Below are positions 39,101-54,100 of a stretch of 64,000 nucleotides of DNA, in pieces; positions within the stretch are counted from its first letter, which is position 1, and every line of letters starts with the position of its first letter. The notes under the pieces are model-generated. The model had not been told where the DNA came from. It ran no database searches and saw only the letters and a program-made list of their open reading frames with translations. The stretch lies in NCBI RefSeq assembly GCF_030684315.1, contig NC_081366.1, positions 76,973,723 through 77,037,722 on the forward strand, given 5' to 3'. Source of the DNA: Stegostoma tigrinum. Taxonomy: Eukaryota. The position numbers and the translations under genes were made by a program.

Positions 39101-42100
39101 GAAATCATATAACTATGGCACTTGTCACAATTTGTGATCGCTTCTAGGCCATGTCAGATAGGCAGAGTTATCTGCAGTTTACCCTTTGTTCCTCTATTAG
39201 TGTCAAAACTCCAGACGGACCAACAAATATATATCAAAGTGGCAAAGTGACCTCAGCATTTTAGTATTCAATTTAGTTGAAAGTCCATATGAACAATATA
39301 ACAAGATTGCGTTGGAAAACAGATATGGTGCACAGCAAAGGACAATACAGTGATTGGCAAACTGTTTTTCATTGAGACTTCACTTCAACTCACTAGTATC
39401 TTTCTCAATGGCAATTATGGATGGGTCTCAAATGCTGGTTATGCCAGCAAAGCCCAAATTGTATGAATGAACATTAAAAGAACGCTTGAAAGTTCATGTG
39501 ATCCAAAAAAAATCAGCAAACTGCAAAAGGTTGGACAGTAGCGTTCACTATCTAAATTTCGAAGTATGCATATTATAAGTTCAGCATCTCAGATCTGGAA
39601 GTCTACCCTGTTGCAGTACTTTGTAAGGATGTGGTTAGGGTTATGTACTCATGCAGGTTTCTGCCAAGATATCCATATTCCCTAGTAACAAAAGACGCAG
39701 TGAAACCCCTCTATGAACATTCTACAATCAGTTTTCTTCCTCCAAATTCTACCCTCTTCCCATGGATCTCCTACTGACTAGCTCACTTCCCAAACCACAT
39801 ACATAGAACATAGAAAAGTACAGCACAGTACAGGCCCTTCGGCCGACGATGCTGTGCCTGGAAAAATCCTAATCCAAAAATAAAAATAACCTAACATACA
39901 TTCCCTTCAATTCACTGCTGTCCATGTGCATGTCCAGCAGTTGCTTAAATGTCACTAATGACTCCGCTTCCACAACTACCACTGGTAAGCTATTCCATGC
40001 GCTCACAACTCTCTGGGTGAAGAATCTCCCTCTGACATCTCCTCTATACCTTCCTCCTAAAACCTTAAAACTATGACCCCTCGTGGCAGTCAATCGTGCC
40101 CTGGGGAAAAGTGTCTGGCTACTGACTCTATCCATGCCTCTCATTACCTTGTACACCACTCTTCCTCCCTCTCTCCAGAGAGAAAAGTCCGAGCTCAGTC
40201 AACCTCTCCTTGTAAGACAAGCCCTCCAGTCCAGGCAGCATCCTGATAAACCTCCTTTGCACCCTCTCCAAAGCCTCCGCATCTTTCCTATAATAGGGTG
40301 ACCAGAACTGGACACAATATTCCAAGTGTGGTCTCACCAGGGTTTTGTAGAGCCGCTGCATAAACTCGCGGCTCTTAAACTTGATCCCCCTGTTCATGAA
40401 AGCCAAAACACCATATGCTTTCTTGACAACCTTATCCACCTGGGTGGTAACATCAAGTCCATCTTCCACTCTTTCTTCCTTCCTTCTGCATTGCCAAACC
40501 TCTTCAAGTCTTGGGGTCTGCTGATCTGTTCCCCTCCGTCCTGAAGCCTTCTGAGACTTGTGCCTGCTGACCCTGAACTCCACAGCTCTGCCGAAGTGCC
40601 AGCAGCAGGTGTATTCTCAGAGACTGGGCTGGGAGAGTGGGTTGTGGAAAAGCTAGGGGTCGGTGCAGGAAATTAGAGGTGGGTGAGTGAAGGGAAAGTA
40701 TGGAAATAAAAAAAAAGCAGGCAGAGTTCCAACATCTAAAAGTCAGAATTCTACCAAACAATGGAAATTTCTCCTCCTTGTAAACATCTATTCATTTTTG
40801 AATGTCAAAATGCCAAACAAATAGTCAAAATAATTATGAATACAATGTGAATGACTATTTGGCCGACTTACTGAATATTAGCAAAATACTTCACATAACC
40901 GCTCGCACTTTAATCCTACAGTACCTGATTTTTAACTCTCATTAGTAGGTAGTTGGTCACTTTTCCAAAGGGCATACCAAGGCATACAATTTCCGAATCA
41001 GAATAGCCAACAGAAGGCAAGTTGCTGATGTGGACAACCCGGCTTCGTTCTTCACTTTCTTTGCCCTAAATGTGAAAGAATGGAAATACATTATTTAAAC
41101 ACAAGCCTTAATACTTAACTGTTGATACTTAGTGCCTGAAACATCCTGTATATCTGCATGCTAAAAACACATCATCTCACCAACTCCCTCTCCCGCCACC
41201 AACAATCCAGCACTGCAAATGAGAGAATCATTAGATTTTGAGCTAAACCAGAAATTCAAGGAAAACAACAAAGTTAGTTTAGCACTTTCCAGCAATAATC
41301 ATACAATATATTTTCACTGCAAATTTATATGGCGAGGAATAAGTACCCCATTACTCAGTGATGGCTTACTCTTGCCCTTATTTCTAATGTTTCAATGTTG
41401 TAAGCATTTTCAAACTCTGAATGCTCAAATAGCAGACCAGGCTCCAAACTCCTTCACTTTTAGTAACTATAATTTTCAGCATGGATTAGAATGATCTATT
41501 ACATAAAATAACTAGTTTTTAAAATTCATTCCTGGAATGCAGGCCTTGTTAATTGCCCAAAGGACAGTTCAGTCAACCACACATTACTGTGGACTTGCGA
41601 GTTACATGTAGGCCAAACCAGGTAAGGACTGCAGTTTTCTTCTCTAACAGGACATTAGTGAATCAGATTGTCAATTGTTGGGGACAAAAAAAGGTCATTG
41701 CATGATTCAAAATTCTTATTCAATTCGATGTCCAGAAGATCACTTCAGTCTCTGGATTAATAGTCTAGCGATAATACCATTAGGTCATCACCCCCTGTTT
41801 TATTGTTTACAAGCTCTACACTGCCTCAAGTAGAAAAGGGCATTGACATGGAGGCATCAGAAAAGCACGGAATGAGAGTCACAGAACAGCAGAGCAGTCT
41901 GAAGAACCTACAAAATAAAACAAAACTTATTCTTCACTTTGAAACTCCACATTAACACAATGTACCAAAAGGTGGGAGAGGTGCGTTTGATTCCCAAGCC
42001 CAGTTCCACTTCAATTTATTTTTGTTCTTGAGCAACAAAAAGTAAGGAAGTGCTATTGTGGTGTGGGTTCACAACATTCATATTCATCTATTTTAAAATG

Positions 42101-45100
42101 AATTCATATTGCAAAACAAGTGTTTGCTATCGAAGAAAACTATATTAAAGGTGACATTAATTGTGAATTTAGAGTATTTATAAGCAAGCAGGACTTGTAT
42201 AAGTATACTTCAAATGATTTTCAAAATGTAGCCAAATTTAATTCTGTCAGACAGGACGAGGTTACAATAATTTCTAATTGATTTTAAGAATAATGGGAAG
42301 AGTCATGAAGAGTGAAATTTTTATTTAAATTTCACCATAAATATGTTTTTCTTTGAAAATTAGGTGACATAGACTCTGATCTTCATAATTCGAAACATGA
42401 GCAAATGCTTCAAATTTTCCCTCAGACCAGACAACAGTTTTGTGCAAAACAAATTACTGGAAGCATTCTGATGCACTGTACATCACAAAAAAAGAGAAAG
42501 CAATTTTAAGCACACTAAAGTCAAAACTCAGCAAAGATATCATCTTCATAATTCTCACTGTCCTCACTTCTTACAACTGTGCTGACTGATGGTGTAGTGT
42601 TTCTTCCCCTGCAAAGAAACATATTAAAAAGACATTTCTGTCTTAAAAATTGGAAATAATAAAATATTTCTTTAAGATGGAGGCCACACCTGACCAGGTT
42701 GTTAAAGTCAACTTTCAAAGCCTACCAAACTGTGCCAGCTGTACCTCAAATTGCAAAGGGAAATAGTTAAATAGTTATCTAGTCTTGTGCAGCACAATGG
42801 ATCCTTTGTAAGTAACAAAAGTTGTTTCTACTTCAACAAACATGAAAGTGGGAGCCATTCTACTGGGTAACTACAATATTTCAAAAAATGATCAATTCAG
42901 CTAAAAGACCAGTCTTGCCCTAATACGTGGGTGAATCAGTACTCTCAGCTACAAAGTAATAGTAATAGTAATAACAGTCTGTAATAAGTATCTTACTAGC
43001 TGAAACTATATAAAACTGACCATACAGCTAATTTACGATTCAGACCTCCAAGGAAGAAGCATCAAGAAACACTGTCTGAGCAGAGTTTTGACAGATGAGG
43101 AACAGACAGAAAGAGACATCTTGAAACGTATAATGGACTGCTATCAACTGATTGAACAGTTAAAAGTGCCACACCTTCAGGGCCAGAAGCCAGGAGTCTC
43201 ACGTCTCCCAAAACCTGTTGTCTTGCTTGTCCAACTTCACAGCAAATCATCAACTATCGAACTACAGAAGATATCACAGCTACTGGATCTGACTTCAAGT
43301 GTCAATCTCTTCACTTCAGCACCAATGAACTGAAGCAACGGAACCCAAAGAATCAGCAGTGGGACTCATCTTTTGTCTTGGGTGTATTTATTTAATTCTT
43401 GATGTTTCTAAGTTCTTCTTAATAACTTTCTTTATTCATAAGGAAATGTCACATGCAATAAACTAACCTTTAACTTGTTTAAGAAAAATCTCAACTGATG
43501 GTTTGCTTATTAGTCATTAGTAATTAAAGAGGGCTAGTCAAATGAACGTTACTAACTTACAGTTCTCAGACCACATTGGATAAGCCTTTGGTCATTACAA
43601 TAATTTCATTATTTAACTGCATGCTAGGTTGGTTCAGCTCACTTTCCCAATACGTTCAGGGGATACATGAGTCATTATGACAATACCATCAGGCTAAGGA
43701 ACAGCAGCACAAAATTATCTTTCCAGAGACCAAATGGTCCTAACTTGCTTTGAAGGGACTGAGTCATCGCATTCATTTCCAAACAGATCCCTCATTTCAT
43801 GGAATCCAAGCACAAGATCAGCATTTTTGAAGTAGTATAGGTAGAATTGTTAAAATGCTGACTACTTGCCAATTCAGAGATCAACTTGCTTTTCTGACTA
43901 TTCTCTTCTGATTTTTAAGCCACAACAAATTTGACTTAAAAATGTAACTGCCGAATCCAATTACTAAAAAAATGTATACAACCATTTTGTCACTTTTAAG
44001 ATACTTGCTTCTAGCAATTTCAAAACCTAACTGTATACCTCTCTCTACATTTTGCTAGTTGTTTTCTGACAGACAGCACAGACTGAATTTAATGCTCCCT
44101 GACTGTGGATGGGAGTCCAACCAAGAAGTGTGTGGATCAGCAATTCCCATCCCCAACTCTGAAAGATGGTCAACAATGTGTTTTAGTGCCCAATTAATGC
44201 TGCTCCTCAGGAAAATAGCCAATTACATTCAGGAAGATGGGCAGCATGCCCAGTCAACAGACCAAGGTCTCTGAGGAGAGAGCGAAGTCCATGAACATGA
44301 AGTGAGTCACACATTTAGGAACTATAAAGGGATCTTTGACACGGTGGTGGTGGTAGCTGCTTCAAAAACTATTTGGAGGTCAAAGTGGCATTTAAATTTC
44401 AGTGAATTATTTCAAGGGAAGAGTGCTTGGTTCTAACTGCTCTGCTAGTTTTGAAACCTTTATCAGGAAGGAAAGAAAATTTAAAAGCAGCACACCTATT
44501 CCCCTAATGAATATCAAACGTTTAGGGAAACAGTAAAAAATCAGAACTTTGGATCTCTCTCTCTCTCTATGAGCAACAAAGAAAACAGGGTCAAGTACTG
44601 GGATGGGTTTCATACCAAGGATGGCCCCAAGGTTTGATGACAACTCCCTGCAGCTCCTTCTTCAAGGTATAAGTGATATTTGGATGGTACTCTCAGTCCA
44701 CAATAGGAAAAGGAAACCTCCTTGCCAAAGAAAAATGCTGAATAGATGTGGTTACATCAGTTGTCAGCAGCCTTGGGTTTATCCAAAGAACATCATCACA
44801 CTAACCCATTCTGTATAACAAAGTGTGAAGCTGGATGAACACAGCAGGCCAAGCAGCATCTTGGCAGCACAAAAGCTGATGTTTCAGGCCTAGACTCTTC
44901 ATCAGCTGTATTCATCCAGCTTCACACTTTGTTATCTTGGATTCTCCAGCATCTGCAGTTCCCATTATCTCTAACCCATTCTGTAGATGGATATAAAATG
45001 TGATGTTGGTCTACTACAGCATTGTCTTGTCTGATCCCCAGGTTGATGGTGGCGTCAAGTAGACATGTCACTCTGCATGACAACAGGAGTTATGGAAGTT

Positions 45101-48100
45101 TGGGTGGGGGATATTCAACTCCAGTACATTGAATAAAGAGGAGCCAATTGAGGATTACTGTTGCCAATAATGGTCATATCGCTCACAAACATGAAGGCAC
45201 GATTACAACACAGCATTATTGTTGCAATTTCTCCCAATGTACAGAAGAGGAGGATGTACAATGTCCAAGACAGTGATCAGAGGTGGATCAGGAAACCTGA
45301 TCTTTTATACCTCCATTGAAATAGTGATCCTGGAGCTGGCAGCAAATGATTACAGCAGTGTCATCAGTCAAGATAAAGTTGGAAGAAAGCCCTGGACAGT
45401 GAGATTCCAAAGGTGCATTACAATAAGACAGCTTCCAGGATTTGAAACTGTGTTGATATTGCAATTACACAGTTCTGAAACATCATGAGGCCTTACGTGA
45501 TATCATGAAAGTTGAACTGTCACTAATTAGGTTTCACGCAGAACCTGAAAATATCCTTATGAAGCATCTAAAATAACAAATTTAGGCCCAAACAGTTACT
45601 GGAGAATACAAATCATACTTCTTTATATTTGATTTACTGTACTAAAGCTCAAACCGATTATTTTGACTGACTGGAATGAGATGCTATTAGCTCACATGCT
45701 TGTGCAATTCTTTTGCATGTTTATTATCTATGGTTCTGAATCAAATAAGACTGTACTTACATGAAAGTACACCTGCATAAACATAAGTAAAGCTATTAAC
45801 TCCCATACATCCTGTTATAAATAAAATACCATTATAGTCAGCTTTTTATATTTCTGGGAGAGTTCCACTCTGACAGCATTGCCATCAATAAACGTAGGTT
45901 TCATCTGGTAAAACTTCACCATGGCTTGAGTTGCTTCAGGATATGCCAATTCCACAAATCCCTATAATTAAAAATACAAATACTGAATACAAGCAGATTC
46001 TCAAAATCACCTGGTAATTTTTGTATGACCAGCTCCAAATATAAACATTCAAAGCCAAACATTATTAAAATATTTGAATAAATATTCAAGGCAAACAAAT
46101 GGTTCTACAATGGGGCAAGGGGAAAAATAACACCCATACACAATGAAAGAAAACCACAAAAATTATTTTAAACATTCTGTTTAAGAGATGTTATGATACC
46201 TCTCCATGGCAAATGGAACTTGATCCCAGACCTACCGGCTCAAAGTCAGCAACACTACCACTGTGCCACAAGAACCCCTAACCCACTGAATGGTATTAGT
46301 ACAGGAGACTAAATTTATATGGGATATTATGCTGCTTATCATCCATACACTAAATGCAGAAGTCAATCCATCTGCCACAGGTTGTTTGCATTTGATAGTT
46401 CAGTTCAAACTCCAGTCTATTCGCTCCCCTTTCCAACCAGGTCCGAATTGTAACGAACCAACCCTTGACACTGCTAATCAACCTGTTCAGAGATGTTATT
46501 ATATGGGGCATGCAGAACTTGAACCCAGGCCACCTGGTCCAGAGGTGGGGACACAGCCACTGCAACATATTGTTTTAATTTTCAACCTGCCCAAGGATAT
46601 TGTGACATGCTTCCAGTGCAGGTGGGATCTGAACCCTGGCCTCCTACCTCAGCGTAGGGACATTATTAATGCACCATATGGTATACACTTGAATGAGAAT
46701 CAGATGTCAGTTAATTCTTAAAGCATTAATGCTGAAACAACATTAAAAAAACATTAAAGTATAGAAATGTTTACACAGGCTGTGCTGTGATTTAAGGTGC
46801 TTTTAAGCACTGCATAATTTAGGCTGCCGTGCTTATATATTTATCTAGATGAAATATAGAGAAGAAGAATAATCCCAAAATTACCAGGACTGCACTATCA
46901 ATTTCTAAAAAAAGTAGAAAAACTCTCTGAGATTTGCTAAGTATTAAATGCCTAAGGTAAGGCAAAAAAAAAGTTTAGCCCACCCAGTGAATTATCAGGA
47001 TGAAAAAAAGAGAAAGTATATAGTTAAAGAAAGTTGAAGTGATAGGTTAGGTAAACAAGAGAATCTAAAGTCTAAGTTTTGATGAGCTGAACAGCCTTTT
47101 ATTATCACTAAAATTTCATAATTTTTGTATTATAACTCACAAATTTTCTTATTAAGAGAAGCTGTCTTTTTTTATTGTTAAATTCTCACATGCTTTAACA
47201 AAATGCTGGGGAATGACAGTCTAGCCATGTTTTGTGCTTACCTCACCCTTTGACTTTATCAACAAGTAGTTTGTAACCTTCCCAAAAGGTTCAGCCAGCT
47301 TGATTAGATCACGATTCGTACATCTACCTCGCTGCAACTCACTAATGTGAACTACTCGTCCAGGCTCATCATTCGCATTCTAAGTCAGACGAAAAGGATT
47401 TAGCTGTAAAAGTTATCTTACTCAAACCTTTCATGAAGCAAAATTTAAAAATCTTTCCCTCTTGAAAGAATCTGCCCAAGTCCAGCTAAAATATCCAATG
47501 TTTTCACCAGTGTGGAAGAGTGATCCTGTAGAACGCTGATGCTAAACAAAAGAAGTTCATGAGATACAGGCGTTATTGGCTTGGCCTGCGTGTAGCTTAG
47601 ACTGATTTCTCAGGAGTCAGCTACATTGTTGTGGACATAGACAAGATGGTAACGGTGGCAAATTTCCATCCCGAAATAACATCAGTGAATCACGGTGAGT
47701 TTTGACAATTGAACGTGGTCAAACATTGCCACTGGGCTAGCTCAATTTTGTTCCAGTTTTCTTTAAATTTTAATTTAATATCACCACTTGCCATGGCGTG
47801 ATTAAATCCCAACTTTTTTTAGCCTTGGGTTCCGGATTACTAGTCCAGCAGTATGACCACTACATCCCAACCTCCTCAAGTATTCTTTGATCTATACATA
47901 ATTTACCTTCTCAGGGTACACTAACTGCTACTCCAGGTACAATGTTGTGGAGACCGAGCATGAGAAAGCCATGTCACATCTGTTAATCCTGTCCTACGGT
48001 TATGCACAAGTAGTTTCGGAAGAATAACTCAGTGATTCACAACTGACCTTTTTTCTAGGCATATGTTTAGTGTTTTGAACACAAGCATATTCTGAGGTCA

Positions 48101-51100
48101 GAAGCTTACCACGTAGAGTATAAGACACTGAATCAAAATTCCAGTATAACTTATAATGGCCACTACTACTGCACCCATGATTTAGATCAGTGAAAGATAG
48201 TAAAATACTACTCTTTTATTCATTTCTCATTATGATTTATCAAGCCTTCAAAACTAGACTTTATTCTACAAGAGAATCTTCTATGCAAAAACCTGTAAGA
48301 GTATGAAAAACCAACCATTCTGGCTGGCTTCTGCAGCCTCTGAGTGTTGTTTCCTTGTTTGTTATCTGTAGGGCCTTTGCGACCTGATCCTAAAAAACAG
48401 AAATAATTAAGCAATGTCACTATAAAAACATCTTGCAATTGCATCCTCTCAACTTTCCTCACCTTCTTTTATATTTACTTGCATTATGAACCTGACATGA
48501 TGCCATCAACTGGAACGTAAATGGCCTCCTGCATGATTCACACTCTGTGATGTAAACATTTCTTATTGGATATAACTAATGGCTGTGCTGTCTATAACAT
48601 CGATCCTTCTCAAACTGACCTCACAGCATCAGGAAACAATTTTATAAGGAATCTCAACAAATCATAACATTTTCCCAATATTTCAAACACAAAAATACCA
48701 AACAGCAGGAGCAGACCATTCAGCCCCTCAAGCATGTTCTGCCACTCACTAATATCATGACCGGTCTGATTGTAACCTCAAATCCACATTCCCAATTACA
48801 TGTATGATCTTCCATCCCCTTAATAACAATCTATCGACATCTAAGTTCTGAGGAAGGGTCACTGGACCTAAATGTTAACTGATTTCTCTCCACAGATGCT
48901 GCCAAACCTGCTGAGCTTGCCCGGTAATTTTGGCTTTTGTTTCCGACTTTCAGCACACACAGTTCTTTTCAGCACAGACTCCCTACAGAGTGGAAACAGG
49001 CCCTTCAGCCCAACAAGTCCACACCGACCCTTGAAGCATCCCACACAGACCCATCCCCTTATAACCCAGCTATGCTACACATCTCTGAACACTACGGGCA
49101 ATTTGGCACGGCCAAACCATCTAGCCTGCACATCTTTGGACTGCGGGAGGAAACCGGAGCACCTGGAGAAAACCCACGCAGACATGGGGAGCAAGTGTAA
49201 ACTCCACAGTCACCCCGAGGGTGGAACTCAACCGGGTCCCTGGAGCAACAGTGCTAACCAGTGAGCCACCATGCCGTCTTTCTATGATGAGATTGGTTTT
49301 CCGTGTTTAGAAGGATGAGAGGGGTATTTACTGAAATATATAAAATTCTAAAAAAGGTGGGCGGACTGGATTTAGGGACGATTTTTCTTTGGTCATGAGT
49401 TCAGAACCAAAAGGTCACCACCTAGAACTGAGAGGAGGGAAGATTTCTTCAGCCAAAGGGTCGTAAACATGTTGAATTCTCTACCACAGAAGGCTGCAGA
49501 GGCCACGTCACTGAATATATTCATGAGAAATTTTTATTTAAAAAAGATTTTAAAGACATCAAGGGTATGGGTAGGAAGTGGGTACACAGAAATGAGACAA
49601 GGATCAGGTATGATAAGTGAATGGCAGAGCAGGTTTGAAGGGTTGAATAACCCACGCATGCCTCTAGTAATCAGAAACACTGAAAGACTGGTTAAATGTC
49701 GTTTCCTTATCACAGAGCTGTTAAGTCTCACTGGAGTAGCTCACTGAAAATCAAGCCCTGCTGTTCCCAGGCTCATCACAAAAGTCAAAAAAGTTCGACA
49801 AGTACATAGAATTTGAGACTTTTAGACCCAGGGTAACAGAAAGTAGAGAATAGGTTTCTATATTTAACGAGAATTGCCATTTATTACAAATAAATAACTT
49901 CTAAACACAACTAAACATTTATAAACCACTGTAATGTAACTCAGTCAGTTAACACTCTAACCCATTTATAAAACTCTCCACCTCCATAAACATAATAGTC
50001 CGAAAAAAAAGTGTAATTACCACAATCAGGAAAACCTCAAAAAAGGGTTTTTACAAAAACGTGTAGACTCTGCTTGACTATGTTAAACCGAAAGGACTGT
50101 GGATGCCATAAAACAGGAACTAAAAAAGAAGCTGCTGGAAAAGCTCAGCAGGTCTGGCAGCATCCGTGAAGAAAAAAAATCAGTTAACGTTTCAGGTCCA
50201 GTGATCCTTCCTCAGAACTCAATGTTAAAAGTGTCTGGCTATAATTCATTTAATATTAGCTTCTAAAATCTTCCTTAAGCAGGTTGTAAGCAAACTGGTC
50301 TGCAGCTCCGTTTTCTGTCTCCCTCGATTTTTGACTAGAGGAATAATATTTATTACCTTCTAATCTAATAGGACCATTCCCAAATCAAGGGAGATTTGCG
50401 AAATTAAAACCAATGTTACTACTTTCATGACTCTATTTCATTTGTTGAAGTAATTTTATCAGTTGCCCAGGTTATTGGTTGATAGAAAAGCTGCAATGCA
50501 GGTTCATGTTTAATGATTATCTTATAGTCAGGAGGTGAGTTACTCACTGCAGTACTCCTAGCCTCTGGTCTACTCTTGTACCCACTGTGTTTATATGGCA
50601 TATCCAGTTGAGTCTGAATGGTTAACAGCAACCTCAAAGATGCTGATGGTGGGGGCTGCAATGATAGTAGCACCATTGAGTATCAGGGAGAGGTAGATGG
50701 ATAGTCTCTTATGATGCTGATCAAAACCGGACATTTGTGTGGAGTGAAAATTACTTGTCTCCACTTGTCAGCCCAAGTTGGGTCTTGTTGCATTTGAACA
50801 TGAACTGCTTCAGTATCTGAGAAGACGCGAACAGGGCTTATCATACTGCATCAAGTGTGGGCATCTCCACTTGACTTTATGAAGGAGGAAAGGTCATTGA
50901 TGAAGCAGCTGAAGATAGCTGGGCCTAGGGTACTACCCTGAGGAACTCTCGCGGAGTTATTCTGGTGCTGAGACGACTGACCTCCAACAACCACAGCCAT
51001 ATTCCTCAGGCCACGTATGACTCCAACCAACGGAGAGTTTGCCCCAATACTCATCAATTCCAGTTTTTCTAGGGCTCATTGATGCTGCACTTTTGTCGAA

Positions 51101-54100
51101 CATAGCCCTCGACATCAAGGCTGTCATTTTCACCTCACCTCTGGAATTCAGCTCTTTTGTCCATGTTTAAACCCAGGCTATAATGAGGCCAGGAGCTGAG
51201 TGGCCCTGGTGGAACCCGAACTGGGCATCACTGAGCAGGTGTTATTTGCCAGAATTATCGATGATACCTTCTATCTCTGTACTGATGATCAAGAGTAGGC
51301 TGATTGGGCGGCAACTGGCCAGGTTGGATTTGTCCTGCTTTTTAGGTACAGAAAATACTTGGGCAAAATTTTCCACATTATCAGGTAAATGCCACTGTTG
51401 CGACAGTACTGGAAAAACATGGCTAGGGGAGCAGCAGATTCTAGAGCACAAGTCTTCAGTACTATTGCTGGAATGTTGTCAGGGTCCATAGTCTATGCAG
51501 TTTTCAATATCTCCAAACATTTCTTGATATCTCATGGAGTGAATCAAATTGGCTGAACACTGGTACCTAAAATGCTGGACATCGCTGGATGTTGCTTAGC
51601 AATCCCATACCCAGGCTAATAAATTACCCCTAACCCTACGTGATTTTAGCGGGTGTACTAACTTCGTGTGCAGCACCCCATCAGATGCCATCTGGAAGTC
51701 CAGATGCAATACATTTACAGGATACATATTATCTACTTTGCTTCTTATATCTTCACAGAACGCTAGCAAATTAACCAAACATGATTTACCCTTCAAAAGA
51801 ACCATTCTGTCTCTGGCAGATTGCTTTTTAACTTTCCGAATGCCCTGTTATTTCTTGCTTAATAATGGTTTCTAACAATTTCCCAACAACACATTAATCT
51901 AATTAGTCTACATTGCCTACTTTCTGCCTCTCTTTCTTTTTGAATGAGGGTATTATATTTGCATTTTTCCAATCCACAGGAACCTGTCTGACATCCAGGG
52001 AATTTTTGAATACTATGACCGATAGATCTTTAATATCACTTCCTTTAAGACCCAAGGATACAGGCCATCAGGCCTGGGGACTTGTCTGCCTTTAATCCGA
52101 AATACTCAATGCTTTTCCTGCTAGTGATGAGAATTGTTCTCAATTTCTTCTTTTCTAGATTCTATGCTTTATCCATTACTATTGGATTGGAATTCATGCC
52201 TCCATTGTGAAAACTAGGACAAAATACTGATTTAGTGCCTGTCATTTGTGTGTCTCATTATTAACTCCCCAGTCTCATCCAATGCTCACTTCAGCTGCTC
52301 TCTTCTCTTTCATATACTTACAGATTTCACCAATCACTTTTATATTTTGTGCTGGTTTTATATCATTTACCGTTGGTCTCTTTATTAATTTTTGTTAGCC
52401 TTTGATGATCTTCCAGCCTGACACCGGCCATTACAATATGGCATGTCTTTGTTTTTGTCTTTATGTGATCTTTAACTTCTTTGCTTAGCCATGGATTTTT
52501 TTTAAAAACCCCTTTTACAAACTTTCTATCTCTCTAGAATATATTTTAAATTAGGAAGAACTAAATATCCCCTTGAGCATCTGCTACAGTACAAAGAAAA
52601 ATCAGGACAGTTAAAAATGGCAAGAAAGCAAGTCTAAAGGTTTTGTATCGCAATGCACAAAGCATGTGCAATAAGATAAATAAGCTGATGGTGCAAATCC
52701 ATATAAATTCCACTTATGGAAACTTGATCTTTCAGAAAGGGGCAGGAGGGATGGCACTGTTAAAAGATGAAATTAGGACAGTTGAGAGATGATCTAAGCT
52801 TGGATGATGTAGTGTCTATTTGGGTGGAGGCAAAAACAGCAAGGGAAAGACGACTTTGGTAGAAGTGACATTTACACCCCCACTCAATAGCCACACTAGC
52901 AAACAATACAAGTCAACAAGTAATACAGCATGTAAAGAGATAACAGCACTAATTATGGATGACATTAATCTTCATGGCGATTGGTATAATCAAGTTGGAA
53001 AGGGTAGCCATGTCAATAAATTAATAGGCTTTTCCAGAGCAAAGTGTCATGGAGCCAATCAGGTATCAGACCAGTTAGATTTGGCTTGGATATTGCGGCA
53101 GTTTTAATACATGACCTCACAGAAAAAGATCCCCCACAAAATAATGACAATAAGATAAGTGAATTTAATATTTAGTTTGTAATTGAGAAACTTGGATTGG
53201 GAAAAATTTTGTTTAACCTAAATAAAAAGAGAATTACAAAGAAATGAGGATAAAGTTGGCTAAAGTAGACTGACCAGGTAGATTAGCAGCAGATAGTAGG
53301 CGAGCAGTGGCAGATATTTAAGGAGGCAATTCACTGTTCTCAGCAAAACTATATCCCAGTGAGGAGGGAAGATTATAAGAGAGGGATAAACCAACCATAC
53401 GTAACCAAGCAAGTTAAGGAAGGTATTTAGTTGAAAGAAAAGGCACATGAAGCAAAAATCAATCATGGCCCCAATGACTAAACTACCATCTCAAATGTGC
53501 TACATTCACAGGTAAAAGCATAAATCTGGTGCCTTGTGTAATTTTATCATAGGCTTTATCGTTCAAATAAAGTTTCAAGGCTGAGATAAAATATAAGAAA
53601 TAGAGTATTTAGAATAAATTACTAACAGAGCAAAAGGTTTCAACACTGAGCATGATGTCAAAAATTACATTTTATCCTGCACGCTTAAAATGTAATAAGG
53701 CAGTTGATGTTCATTACCCCCATGGGATTCCATCCCTCCCATGCCTCTGTTCGATGCAAGAAAGGATCCAGATGGTGGGGGACCCAGAATCCCTGGAGCC
53801 AGGTTTGTTGACTGTAAAACCAGAGGATCGCCCCTGGAAGCAATAAAATATCTTTAAGCAAAGTTCACATATGCAATATCAGAAATGTAGTAGTATGAAA
53901 TCAGCGTTGTCCTAACATTACTTCCACTGCAAAAAAGTTAAATGAAAATGAGAAAACTGAATAGATCTTGCTTTTATGCAAATTATCTGAGCTTTCTTAT
54001 GAAGTGGAGCAATGGATAGTGGCTCATTCAAAAAGCACGGGTCAAGATGATATAACATAATTCAGCTTTCATTAAAGTCATTTAACTTGTCTAGAGAAAT

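Noticed and set aside
43000-43600. Possible solo LTR and ORF 43088..43333
   Set aside because: No clear TG..CA ends, TSD or recognisable protein motif could be established by eye.
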